A stretch of 64,000 bases of DNA. Origin: a bacterium (lineage in GTDB: Bacteria; Sysuimicrobiota; Sysuimicrobiia; Sysuimicrobiales; Kaftiobacteriaceae). This document shows, piece by piece, positions 48,425 to 57,253 of this stretch (within the stretch, counting starts at the first letter, position 1; each line of letters starts with the position of its first letter). The notes below the pieces were generated by a model. That model saw only the letters and a list, made by a program, of their open reading frames with translations. It did not search any database and was not told the DNA's origin. The stretch is taken from NCBI GenBank assembly GCA_044868695.1, contig JBIOWP010000107.1, positions 1 to 64,000 of the forward strand. The letters are read 5' to 3'. The position numbers and the translations under genes were made by a program.

Positions 48425-49251
48425 GTGACGACTGAAGAGATCATGTCGCTCGCGCTGGAGATGTCCGGGTTTCTCCGGATTCCGGAGGATTCCGCCATTT
48501 TCGTCCCAGGCAAGGGCATCCAGAAGGTGCTCTTCGGTGTGGACGTCGGGGCGGCGGAGCTGCAGATGGCGAAAGCGCTGGGTGTCGACCTGGTGATCGC
48601 CCACCACCCGCCCGCCACGGGCACCGACACCTGGAAGATCTTCCTGCGGCACGTCGAGTTTATGACCGCTGCCGGGGTGCCCGAGGACGCGGCGCTGGCG
48701 GCCGTGGCGGAGAAAATCGAAGGGCTGAAGCTTCGCGGGCAGGTCGCCAACTACGACCACGTGCCCTCGGCCGCGAAATTGATTGGCATCCCGTTCATGA
48801 ACATCCACGCGCCGCTCGATGAACTGGGCCGGCGGCGCCTGCGCGAGCAGGTGGACGGCGTGCTGGCCCGGGGCCGGGCCACGGCCGGAGATCTGGTGGA
48901 CGCGCTCGCCGCGCTTCCCGAGATGCGCGCCGCGCCGACCACCGTCCAGGCGGTCCTCGGCGACGCGGCCGACCCCGTGCGCCGCGTCGTCGTGGGCCAC
49001 GGCGCCTATACGAACGGCGGCTATCCGGTCGCCCGGGCGTGCTTCGCGCACGGGGTAGACGCCGTCGTGTACATACACATCGACTTCGCGGAACTCCAGC
49101 ACCTCCGGGCCGAGCGCCGCGGTAACCTCATCGTTGCGGCCATCTGGCCGGCGATTCGCTGGGTTTTACCCCCTTTCTTCGCGAGCTCCGGAAGCGCGGA
49201 CTGGACGTGATGACCTTCAGCGGCGTGATTGAACCAGTCCCCAGTCCCTAG
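48425..49251 (+). pseudogene. NIF3/DUF34-like metal-binding protein with a 1-nt frameshift near 49138
   Basis: GVDV, IAHHP, MNIHAPLD; after GNLIVA the -1 frame continues GHLAGDSLGFTPFLRELRKRGLDV..* (stop 49249-49251). Confidence 0.65.
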
Positions 49252-49292
49252 TCCCAAGTCCCTGCCTGATGGTCCCGTCACTAGGCACTAGT
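49234..49292. repeat. heptamer array (CNAGTCC)x4 with degenerate inverted partner (CACTAG x2)
   Basis: CCAGTCC CCAGTCC CTAGTCC CAAGTCC ... GTCACTAG GCACTAG. Confidence 0.6.
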
Positions 49293-49318
49293 TGCCCGTC
49301 ACTGCTAGAATCGTTGTA

Positions 49319-50029
49319 ATGCCTCCCACAGGCTGGCTTCTCGACCTCCGCGACGGCCCCACGCCGTATCCGGACGCCTGGGCGCTGCAGAAGGCGCTGG
49401 TGACCGCGCGCCAGCTCGGACAAATCACCGACGGCCTTGTGCTCCTGGAGCACGAACCCGTGTTTACCGCTGGCCGCTCCGCGCGGGCCGAACACCTCCT
49501 GTTCCCCAGGGAGGCGCTGGCCGCGCGGGGTTTCGGGGTGTACGACATCGAACGCGGCGGCAGCGTCACCTACCACGGGCCGGGCCAGCTGGTCGGGTAT
49601 CCCATCCTCGATCTGCGCGCCTACAGCGATGACGTCGTACAGTACGTGCGGTCATTGGAAGACACGGTCATCCGGACCCTCGCGGGCTTCGGCATTGCCG
49701 CGCAGCGTGTCCGAGGGTACCCGGGAGTCTGGGTGGGCGATGAGAAGATCGGCGCGGTGGGCGTGGCCGTCAAGCGCAAGGTGACGATGCACGGGTTTGC
49801 GCTGAATGTAGATCCGGACCTGCAGCACTTTGCCTACATCAATCCCTGCGGCCTCGGGCGGCCGGTGACGTCGCTGGCGCGTGTCCTCGGGCGCCCGGTC
49901 ACGGTGGACGAGGTGCGGGAGGTCTACACGTGCCGGTTCACCGACGTCTTCGGTCTGTCCCTCGCCCCCATTTCCCGCGGCGAGCTCGAGCGGTCCCTGG
50001 CAATCTCCGCTGTTCCCGTGCGCGCGTGA
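49319..50029 (+). CDS. lipB: lipoyl(octanoyl) transferase
   Basis: LLEHEPVFTAG, RGGSVTYHGPGQLVGYPI, KIGAVGV, TMHGFALNV, INPCG; TGC-TAGAAT 7 nt before ATG. Confidence 0.93.
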   Translation: MPPTGWLLDLRDGPTPYPDAWALQKALVTARQLGQITDGLVLLEHEPVFTAGRSARAEHLLFPREALAARGFGVYDIERGGSVTYHGPGQLVGYPILDLRAYSDDVVQYVRSLEDTVIRTLAGFGIAAQRVRGYPGVWVGDEKIGAVGVAVKRKVTMHGFALNVDPDLQHFAYINPCGLGRPVTSLARVLGRPVTVDEVREVYTCRFTDVFGLSLAPISRGELERSLAISAVPVRA

Positions 50030-50031
50030 CC

Positions 50032-51177
50032 ATGAGCCGCCGGCGGTTCGAGACCCGCGCGATCCATGAGGGGCAGCCGCCGGATCCCGCGACCGGCGCG
50101 GTCATGACGCCGATCTATCAGACCGCGACATACGCGCAGTCCGAGCCCGCGGTCCACAAGGGATACGACTACAGCCGCACCGCGAATCCGACCCGCACCG
50201 CGCTGGAAACATGCCTGGCGTCGCTGGAAGAGGGGGCGCACGGGCTCGCGTTTGCCTCGGGGATGGCGGCGATCACCACAGCGTCATATCTGCTCAACCC
50301 CGGCGACCGGGTGCTGGCCCCGGACGACGTGTACGGCGGAACCTACCGGTTGTTCGTCCGCGTCCTCCAGCGCTACGGCATCGCGCCGTCGTTCGTGGAC
50401 ATGACCGACCTGACGCGGGTCGAGGCGGCGCTGGGCACCCACCCGCGCCTGGTGCTGGTCGAGACGCCGACCAACCCGTACCTCAAGATCCTCGACATTG
50501 CGCGCATCGCCGAGCTCGCGCATACCCACGACGCGCTCGTGCTCGTGGACAATACGTTTGCGTCTCCCTATTTCCAGCGGCCGCTGACCCTGAGTGCGGA
50601 TATCGTCGTCCACTCGACAACCAAGTACCTGGGCGGGCACAGCGACGTGATCGGCGGCGCCGCGGTGACCAACAGCAGGGAGATCGCTGAAACGCTGCGG
50701 TTCCACCAGAATGCCGCCGGCGCGGTGCCGGGACCGTTCGACTCCTGGCTCGTCCTGCGCGGGATCAAGACGCTGGCGGTGCGGATGGAACGCCACGCCG
50801 CCAACGCGATGCAGGTGGCGCAGTTCCTAAACGGCCATCCCGCCGTGGCCCGGACGTTCTACCCCGGTCTCCCCGGCCACCCCGGCTACGACCTCGCCCG
50901 GCGGCAGATGACGGGATTCGGCGGGATGGTGTCGTTCGTTCTGAAGGGGGGAGGCCGCGCGGCCAGGGCCGTGGCTTCCTCGACGCGGGTCTTCCTCCTG
51001 GCGGAGAGCCTGGGCGGCGTGGAATCGCTTCTCGACCATCCGGCCAGCATGACGCACGCCTCGCTCGCCGGCTCCCCGATGCAGGTTGACGAAGGGCTGA
51101 TCCGCCTCTCGGTGGGGATTGAGCACATCGACGACCTCATTGACGATTTGAAGCAGGCGCTCGACAACGCGAGATGA
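50032..51177 (+). CDS. cystathionine gamma-lyase/synthase (Cys/Met metabolism PLP enzyme)
   Basis: YDYSRTANPTR, FASGMAAI, ETPTNP, HSTTKYLGGHSD, AESLGGVESL. Confidence 0.92.
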   Translation: MSRRRFETRAIHEGQPPDPATGAVMTPIYQTATYAQSEPAVHKGYDYSRTANPTRTALETCLASLEEGAHGLAFASGMAAITTASYLLNPGDRVLAPDDVYGGTYRLFVRVLQRYGIAPSFVDMTDLTRVEAALGTHPRLVLVETPTNPYLKILDIARIAELAHTHDALVLVDNTFASPYFQRPLTLSADIVVHSTTKYLGGHSDVIGGAAVTNSREIAETLRFHQNAAGAVPGPFDSWLVLRGIKTLAVRMERHAANAMQVAQFLNGHPAVARTFYPGLPGHPGYDLARRQMTGFGGMVSFVLKGGGRAARAVASSTRVFLLAESLGGVESLLDHPASMTHASLAGSPMQVDEGLIRLSVGIEHIDDLIDDLKQALDNAR

Positions 51178-51449
51178 CGACCGTCTACGTCCCAACTCCG
51201 CTCCGCCGCACGACGGGCGGCCAGGGCAAGGTCCAGCTTGCCGGCCGCACCGTGCGGGAGTTGCTTGACGCGCTGGAGCGCCGCCATCCCGGCATCCGGC
51301 AGCAGGTGTTCGATGAGCGCGGCGAGGTACGCAGCTTCATCAATGTCTTCGTCAACGGCACCGAGATCCGGCAACTGCAGGGGCTGGCGACGCCCGTGAA
51401 AGAGACGGACGAGGTGTCGATCATCCCCGCGATGGCGGGCGGGTTGTGA
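51174..51449 (+). CDS. cysO: CysO/MoaD-like ubiquitin-fold sulfur carrier, ending ...AGG-L
   Basis: VPTPLR..TGG, TVRELL, FINVFVNG..IR, IIPAMAGGL*; context with cysM and mec. Confidence 0.8.
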   Translation: MTTVYVPTPLRRTTGGQGKVQLAGRTVRELLDALERRHPGIRQQVFDERGEVRSFINVFVNGTEIRQLQGLATPVKETDEVSIIPAMAGGL

Positions 51450-52882
51450 AGCGCACGGCGGGCAAGGTCAGGCCACGGCCCCGCCGCGCGGCGCCAACCG
51501 CCGCCAGGGACGAAATCTTCGACAGTGTCCTCGATGTGGTCGGCAAGACCTCGCTCGTGCGCCTGCACAAGGTCACCCGCGGCCTGCGCGCCGATGTCGT
51601 GGCGAAGCTCGAGTACCTCAATCCCGGCGGTTCGGTCAAAGACCGGATCGGCCCGACGATCCTCGATGATGCGGAGCAGCGCGGGCTACTGCGGCCCGGC
51701 GGAACGATCGTGGAAGCCACCTCCGGGAATACCGGCGTCGGCCTGGCCATCGCCGCGGCGGTCCGCGGGTACCGGACCATCTTCGTCATGCCGGACAAGA
51801 TGTCGGAGGAGAAGATCCGGCTGCTGCGCGCGTTCGGCGCCCGCGTCGTCATTACGCCGACCGCGGTGGCGCCCGACGATCCACGAAGCTACTACAGCGT
51901 GAGCCGGCGCATCGCCGAGGAGACCCCGAACAGCTTCTACGCCAACCAGTACGCCAATCCGGCGAACCCGCAGGCGCACTATCGCACGACCGGTCCGGAG
52001 ATCTGGCGCCAGACCGGCGGCCGGCTCGACCTCTTCATTGCCACGATGGGGACCGGCGGGACAATTTCCGGCGCCGGCAAGTTTCTCAAGGAGCGGCGCT
52101 CGGCGCTGCGCGTCATCGGGGTCGATCCGCTGGGGTCGGTCTTTTACGAATACTTCAAGACCGGAAAGCTCCCCGAGCCGCGGACATATAAGGTGGAGGG
52201 GATCGGTGAAGACTTTCTCCCCGAGACGATGGATTTCTCCGTCGTGGACGAGGTCGTGCAGATCTCCGACCGCGAGGCGTTCATGATGACGCGGCGGCTG
52301 GTGCGCGAAGAAGGACTGTTCTGCGGCGGCAGCAGCGGCGCGGCGGTGGCGGGCGCGATCAAGTATCTGCGCACTCTGCCCGACGGCGGCGCGGGCCTGC
52401 GGGCGGTCGTGGTGCTCCCCGATTCCGGATCGCGCTACCTCTCCAAGATCTTCTCCGACGACTGGATGCGGGAGCATGGATTCTTGGAGATCGAACTAGG
52501 CACCGTCGGGGAGCTGGTGCAGACCAAGTCCATCCCGCTGGTGTCGGCCAGCCGCACCGATGCGGTCAGCGACGTCGTCGCCAAGATGAAGCAGTACGAC
52601 GTGTCGCAGCTGCCGGTGCTGGAAGACGAGCGCCTGGTCGGTATGATCAGCGAAGTGGACCTGCTCACGCACCTGCTGGATGGCTCTCACCGCCCCTCGG
52701 ATCCAATCCAGCCCATCATTGATCCCGCGCCCCCGGTGGTGGCCCCCGACAGCCCGATCGACGTCCTGGCCGACGTCTTCCTCTCCGCCAACGCGGCGGT
52801 CGTTGTGGATCACGGCGCGGTGGTGGGGATCGTCACCAAGATCGACGTCATCGACCACCTGGCCAAACGCCTGGGCCGCTGA
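51446..52882 (+). CDS. cystathionine beta-synthase with C-terminal CBS pair
   Basis: NPGGSVKDRIG, ATSGNTG, GTGGT, YKVEGIGEDF, DSGSRYLSKIFSDDWM, CBS domains. Confidence 0.9.
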   Translation: MKRTAGKVRPRPRRAAPTAARDEIFDSVLDVVGKTSLVRLHKVTRGLRADVVAKLEYLNPGGSVKDRIGPTILDDAEQRGLLRPGGTIVEATSGNTGVGLAIAAAVRGYRTIFVMPDKMSEEKIRLLRAFGARVVITPTAVAPDDPRSYYSVSRRIAEETPNSFYANQYANPANPQAHYRTTGPEIWRQTGGRLDLFIATMGTGGTISGAGKFLKERRSALRVIGVDPLGSVFYEYFKTGKLPEPRTYKVEGIGEDFLPETMDFSVVDEVVQISDREAFMMTRRLVREEGLFCGGSSGAAVAGAIKYLRTLPDGGAGLRAVVVLPDSGSRYLSKIFSDDWMREHGFLEIELGTVGELVQTKSIPLVSASRTDAVSDVVAKMKQYDVSQLPVLEDERLVGMISEVDLLTHLLDGSHRPSDPIQPIIDPAPPVVAPDSPIDVLADVFLSANAAVVVDHGAVVGIVTKIDVIDHLAKRLGR

Positions 52883-52887
52883 CCGGG

Positions 52888-53742
52888 ATGAGAGACAACA
52901 CGCGCGCCGGCGGGGCGCTGCGGCTTTCAACCGGGCAGTCGTTGCCCGATTTGCGGATCGTCCCCCGCGCCGAGGTCCATTTGCACGAGGAGACCGATCC
53001 GGCCCGCGTGCAGCGGCTGGTCGCGCGCATGCGAGCGGACGGCATCCTGCGCAATCCGCCGATTGCCGCGCCGCTGCCGGAAGGCGGGTACGTCGTTCTC
53101 GACGGAGCCAACCGCAGCACTGCCCTGATGGCGTTTGAGGCGCCGCTGCTGCTCGTCCAGGTTGTCGACTATCATGATCCCGCGGTCAGGCTCGATGTCT
53201 GGCATCACCTGCTGACCGAGCCGGTGGACCTCGGGGCCCTGCTGCGGTCCAAGGGACTGATCTTGAAGGACATGAGTGTGTCTGAAGCGGCGCAGGCACT
53301 GGCCCAGCGCGCGATCGCATGCTACCTGCTGGGTCCTGCCGGAGCCCGGTCAGTGGCCGCCGCACCGGCCCAGCCGTCCGCGGCGGTTCTCTCGGCGGTT
53401 GTGGACGCCTACAAGGCGACAACCCGCATTTACCGCGTGATGGACACAGACTTGGATACGCTCGCCCGCGCGTATGGGTCCGTCTCGGCGGTGGTGGTCT
53501 TCCCGACCTTCACCAAACGCGACATTCTTGAGATTGCGCGGTCGCCAGTCAAGCTGCCCGCCGGCATTACGCGGCATCTCATCCCCGGGCGCGCGCTGCG
53601 CGTGAATCTGCCGCTCGAGGTCCTGACCTCGCCGGGCGACGCCGAGCAAAAGAACCGCTGGCTGGTCGAGGAGATTCACCAGCGGCTGCTCGAGAACCGC
53701 GTCCGGTACTACCCGGAAGACTCCTTCCTGTTTGATGAGTGA
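52888..53742 (+). CDS. SbnI/SerK-like free L-serine kinase (ParB/Srx fold)
   Basis: VHLHEET..R, LRNPP, YVVLDGANR, WHH, LPAGITRHLIPGRALRVNLPL, RYYPEDSFLFDE parallel recalled S. aureus SbnI motifs along the whole length. Confidence 0.75.
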   Translation: MRDNTRAGGALRLSTGQSLPDLRIVPRAEVHLHEETDPARVQRLVARMRADGILRNPPIAAPLPEGGYVVLDGANRSTALMAFEAPLLLVQVVDYHDPAVRLDVWHHLLTEPVDLGALLRSKGLILKDMSVSEAAQALAQRAIACYLLGPAGARSVAAAPAQPSAAVLSAVVDAYKATTRIYRVMDTDLDTLARAYGSVSAVVVFPTFTKRDILEIARSPVKLPAGITRHLIPGRALRVNLPLEVLTSPGDAEQKNRWLVEEIHQRLLENRVRYYPEDSFLFDE

Positions 53743-54631
53743 GCTGCTCAACGCCATCGGCAATACGCCGCTGCTGCGCCTAACCCGCGTCACGCGGGAT
53801 CTGCCGCTGGCGGTTGAAGTGCACGTCAAAGCCGAGTGGTTCAACCCCGGGGGATCGGTGAAGGACCGTCCGGTGCGCCGGATCATCCTCGACGCGGAGC
53901 GCGACGGCCGCCTGTCGCGCGACCGGACCATCCTCGATTCGTCATCCGGAAACGCCGGCATCGCCTACGCCATGATCGGAGCGGCCCGGGGCTATCGCGT
54001 GCGTCTGGTCGTGCCAGGCAACGTCAGCGAGGAACGCAAGCACATCCTGCGCGCGTACGGCGCGGAGGTGGAATACTCCGATCCGCTAGAAGGGTCGGAC
54101 GGCGCGATCGTCGTCGCCCGCCGCCTGCACGAGGAGGGCCGCGGCCAGTTCTTCTACGGCGACCAGTACAGCAATCCCAGCAATCCCCGCGCGCACTACG
54201 AGACGACCGGTCCTGAGGTGTTCGCGCAAACCGAGTCGCGCATCACCCATTTTGTGGCCGCGCTGGGCACCAGCGGGACGATCGTCGGGGCCGGGCGCCG
54301 GCTGCGGGAACTGCAGCCGGGCGTGCAGATTGTGGCGGTCGAGCCGGACACGGCCCTGCACGGCATCGAGGGATTGAAGCACATGGCCAGCGCGATCGTT
54401 CCGGGAATCTATGACCGCTCCGTCCACCACCGCACGATTCCGATGAGCACGGAGGCCGCCTACGAGATGGCCAGGCGCCTGGCGCGCGAGGAGGGGCTCC
54501 TGGTCGGCCAGTCATCCGGCGCCGCGGTGGCGGGCGCTCTGCAGGTGGCCCGTGAGCTTGAGGAGGGTGTAATCGTCGCGGTCTGCCCTGACGGCGGCGA
54601 CCGCTACTTGTCGACCGCCCTCTGGAGATAA
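53735..54631 (+). CDS. cysM: CysM-type cysteine synthase (likely O-phosphoserine sulfhydrylase)
   Basis: IGNTPL, NPGGSVKDRP, SSGNAG, QYSNPSN..AHY.TTGPE, LGTSGT, DGGDRYLST; adjacent to mec. Confidence 0.8.
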   Translation: MSELLNAIGNTPLLRLTRVTRDLPLAVEVHVKAEWFNPGGSVKDRPVRRIILDAERDGRLSRDRTILDSSSGNAGIAYAMIGAARGYRVRLVVPGNVSEERKHILRAYGAEVEYSDPLEGSDGAIVVARRLHEEGRGQFFYGDQYSNPSNPRAHYETTGPEVFAQTESRITHFVAALGTSGTIVGAGRRLRELQPGVQIVAVEPDTALHGIEGLKHMASAIVPGIYDRSVHHRTIPMSTEAAYEMARRLAREEGLLVGQSSGAAVAGALQVARELEEGVIVAVCPDGGDRYLSTALWR

Positions 54632-54667
54632 AATCGAGCGTTTTCTGTCGTATAATGGGGGACAACG

Positions 54668-55066
54668 GTGCTGGAACTGAGTCGGGACCAGGCTGCGGCG
54701 CTTGTTGCGCACGCCAACGAGGAGTTTCCCAACGAGTGCTGCGGTCTGCTGGCCGGGCGCAACGGCCGGGTGGAGCGGGTCTACCGGGGCACTAACGTCG
54801 ATTACAGCCCCTATACGTACCTGATGGATCCCAAAGAGCAACTGGCCGCGTTCAAGGACATGGAAGCGGCCGGGCTGGACCTGGTAGGGATCTATCACTC
54901 GCACACCCACACGGCTGCGTACCCGTCCAAGACCGACGTGGCGAAGGCGTTCTACCCAGATGTACTCTACATGATCGTATCGCTGGCGAGGCGGGAGACT
55001 CCAGAGATCCGGGCATTCCGGTTCTTGGACGCAGAGATCGTCGAAGAGGACGTGATCATTCGATGA
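54668..55066 (+). CDS. mec: JAB/MPN+ (Mov34) metallopeptidase, Mec-like
   Basis: PNECCGLL, IYHSHTHTAAYPSKTD (JAMM HSH-x7-S-x2-D); TATAAT at 54651-54656. Confidence 0.85.
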   Translation: MLELSRDQAAALVAHANEEFPNECCGLLAGRNGRVERVYRGTNVDYSPYTYLMDPKEQLAAFKDMEAAGLDLVGIYHSHTHTAAYPSKTDVAKAFYPDVLYMIVSLARRETPEIRAFRFLDAEIVEEDVIIR

Positions 55067-55488
55067 AAGTGTCCACCCGCGCGGAGTACGGACTGCGGGC
55101 GTTGATCGACCTCGCCAGCCACTACGGCGAAGGTCCGGTGCAGACGCATCAGATTGCGGCCCGCCAGGGGCTGCCGGAACCCTACCTCAATCAGCTGATG
55201 AGTTCCCTCCGGCGCGCAGGCCTGGTGGCCAGCAAGCGCGGACCCGCGGGCGGGCACGTGCTGGCGCGCGCCCCCGAGGCCATCACCCTCCGCGAGGCCT
55301 TCGACGTCCTGGAGGGGTCGACGGCGCCGTGGTGGTGCGTCGAGTCCGATGATCCCGACTGCGTGTATGCCCACGGCTGCGGGCTGCGGCCGGTGTGGCA
55401 GGCGATCAACCAGGCGGTGGAGCGCGTCCTGGGCGAGATGTCGCTCGCGGATATCTCACGCGTGAGGCAGCCTGCCGGACGCACCTGA
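55063..55488 (+). CDS. Rrf2 family regulator (IscR-like, 3 Cys)
   Basis: STRAEYGLRALIDLA, YLNQLM..LRRAGLV.SKRGPAGG, C-x7-C-x5-C. Confidence 0.9.
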   Translation: MKVSTRAEYGLRALIDLASHYGEGPVQTHQIAARQGLPEPYLNQLMSSLRRAGLVASKRGPAGGHVLARAPEAITLREAFDVLEGSTAPWWCVESDDPDCVYAHGCGLRPVWQAINQAVERVLGEMSLADISRVRQPAGRT

Positions 55489-55509
55489 CCTCGGCAGGCT
55501 GCACAGGGG

Positions 55510-55544
55510 CAGGCCAGGGGGCGCCCCTGGCCTGTGTTGTTTTT
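55510..55544 (+). terminator. Rho-independent terminator
   Basis: CAGGCCAGGGG/GCG/CCCCTGGCCTG then TGTTGTTTTT. Confidence 0.7.
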
Positions 55545-55560
55545 GGGCGGGTGGTTCAGG

Positions 55561-55587
55561 GGAATGCGGGCACGGCCCGGGAGCGTT
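55561..55587 (+). promoter_or_regulatory. SigH/SigR-type autoregulatory promoter
   Basis: GGAAT-N19-GTT (cGTT), ending 8 nt before the GTG of the sigma gene. Confidence 0.65.
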
Positions 55588-55595
55588 AAGTCGGG

Positions 55596-56243
55596 GTGTC
55601 CGCGATGGGAGCAACGACCGTGGTGCCTCTTGAGGCCTCTGTGGCCGCCGACGACCGGGAACGGTTCCAGGCGCTGGCCGAACAGCACCTCGATGGGCTG
55701 TTCAGGGCCGCCCTGCGCCTGACCCGCAACCGCACGAAGGCGGAAGATCTCCTGCAGGAAACCTTCCTCCGCGCGTGGCGCTCGTTCCACACCTTCAAAC
55801 CCGGCACCAACGCGCGCGCCTGGCTCTACAGAATTCTGATGAACGCGTACATCGATGGGTACCGGAAGACGACTCGCGAGCCGGAAGTCGTCGACCAGGA
55901 AGGCGTCGACGAGTTTTACCTGTACACGAAAGTGCAGGAGAGCGATGACTTCCGGCGCGCCGGGAATCCCGAGGAAGTGCTCTTGTCCCGGCTCATGGAC
56001 GCGGACGTCAAGGGTGCGCTCGACAACCTCCCCGACGCCTTCCGCGAGGTCGTCATCCTGGCCGACATCGAAGGCTTCTCCTACAAGGAAATCGCCGAGA
56101 TGCTCGCGATTCCCATCGGCACCGTGATGTCGAGGCTGCATCGTGGCCGGCGGCAGCTGCAGGTCAAACTCTGGGACTACGCCAAGCGGGCGCACTATGT
56201 CGGTGCCGACCAGGCGCCTCCGGCGGGGGGTGCCGGCCGATGA
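55596..56243 (+). CDS. ECF sigma factor (SigH/SigR-like)
   Basis: ALRLTRN..AEDLLQET..AWRSF.TF.PGTN.RAWLYRIL.N.YI, ADIEGFSYKEIA..PIGTVMSRLHRGR. Confidence 0.9.
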   Translation: MSAMGATTVVPLEASVAADDRERFQALAEQHLDGLFRAALRLTRNRTKAEDLLQETFLRAWRSFHTFKPGTNARAWLYRILMNAYIDGYRKTTREPEVVDQEGVDEFYLYTKVQESDDFRRAGNPEEVLLSRLMDADVKGALDNLPDAFREVVILADIEGFSYKEIAEMLAIPIGTVMSRLHRGRRQLQVKLWDYAKRAHYVGADQAPPAGGAGR

Positions 56244-56470
56244 CGGACATCGATTGCGAGCAGGTCCTCCAGATGGTCTGGCAGTTCCTCGACGGAGAGA
56301 TCGACGAGGCCCACTATGTGGAAATCGAAGCCCACATCGCGGGCTGCTCGCAGTGCGGGCCGCGCTATGAGTTCCAGCGCCGGCTGATGGTGCTGATCGA
56401 GCGCAAGTGCAGCGAGGGCCCGGTGCCTGTGGAGCTCAAACGCCGGCTGTTTCGGCTGCTCGAGGAATAG
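56240..56470 (+). CDS. zinc-binding anti-sigma factor (RsrA/RshA-like)
   Basis: N-terminal Cys, FLDGE, ZAS HIAGCSQC; ATGA-coupled to sigma gene. Confidence 0.85.
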   Translation: MTDIDCEQVLQMVWQFLDGEIDEAHYVEIEAHIAGCSQCGPRYEFQRRLMVLIERKCSEGPVPVELKRRLFRLLEE

Positions 56471-56508
56471 ATCAGCATCGCTAGGGTTGCGGAGGGCAGG
56501 AGGTCTCA

Positions 56509-57153
56509 ATGTCTGCCCTCCGCATCTTGCTCGTTGACGACCACCGCGTCGTGGCCGCCGCGCTGGTCCGCCTTCTGCACGACATCCCTGATGTCGAGGT
56601 CGTCGGCGTCGCCGCCACCGGTCCCGACGCGATCGCCCTCACCCGCACCCTCCACCCCTCCCTCGTGCTGATGGACATCGGGCTGCCCGGTATGGACGGG
56701 GTCGAAGCGACGTGGACCATCCGTCGCCAGTTCCCGGACGTGCAGGTCCTGATCCTCACAATGTTCGACCAGGACGCCTTCGCCATCGAGGCGCTGCGCG
56801 CCGGCGCCGCGGGCTACCTGCTGAAGACTGTGGCGCCGGAAGACCTGGCCCGCGCGATCCACACGGTCTGCAGCGGCGAGGGGCTGATCTACTCCGGCGG
56901 GCCCGCCGCCGGGCTGGGCCGGGCCGTTTCCGCCCGAGGCCGGCTGGGCGACCCCTACGCGCTGTCCCGCCGAGAACTGCAGATCCTGCAGCTCGTGGCG
57001 GCAGGATTTGATGCCGCGGATATTGCCCGCCAGCTGCTCCTCAGCCCCCACACCGTCCGGAACCACCTGAAATCCACCTATCGGAAGCTGGGCGTCCGCG
57101 GCCGCGTCGAGGCGGCCGCCTATGCCGTCAGGCGGGGCCTCATTAAGACGTAA
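56509..57153 (+). CDS. NarL/LuxR family response regulator
   Basis: LLVDDH, LMDIGLP, GYLLK, LSRRE..TVRNH HTH. Confidence 0.9.
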   Translation: MSALRILLVDDHRVVAAALVRLLHDIPDVEVVGVAATGPDAIALTRTLHPSLVLMDIGLPGMDGVEATWTIRRQFPDVQVLILTMFDQDAFAIEALRAGAAGYLLKTVAPEDLARAIHTVCSGEGLIYSGGPAAGLGRAVSARGRLGDPYALSRRELQILQLVAAGFDAADIARQLLLSPHTVRNHLKSTYRKLGVRGRVEAAAYAVRRGLIKT

Positions 57154-57253
57154 CTGCGGAACGTAGGATTGACTCGACTGAGTCATCCATGGCTAGCCCA
57201 TTCGGGTCTGGGCGAGTTTCCGGTGGATGGTCCATTCTCTAAAACGAGGCATC

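Noticed and set aside
52888..53742. ParB partition protein or nuclease
   Set aside because: No HTH or parA; full-length resemblance to SbnI and a cysteine-operon context fit better.
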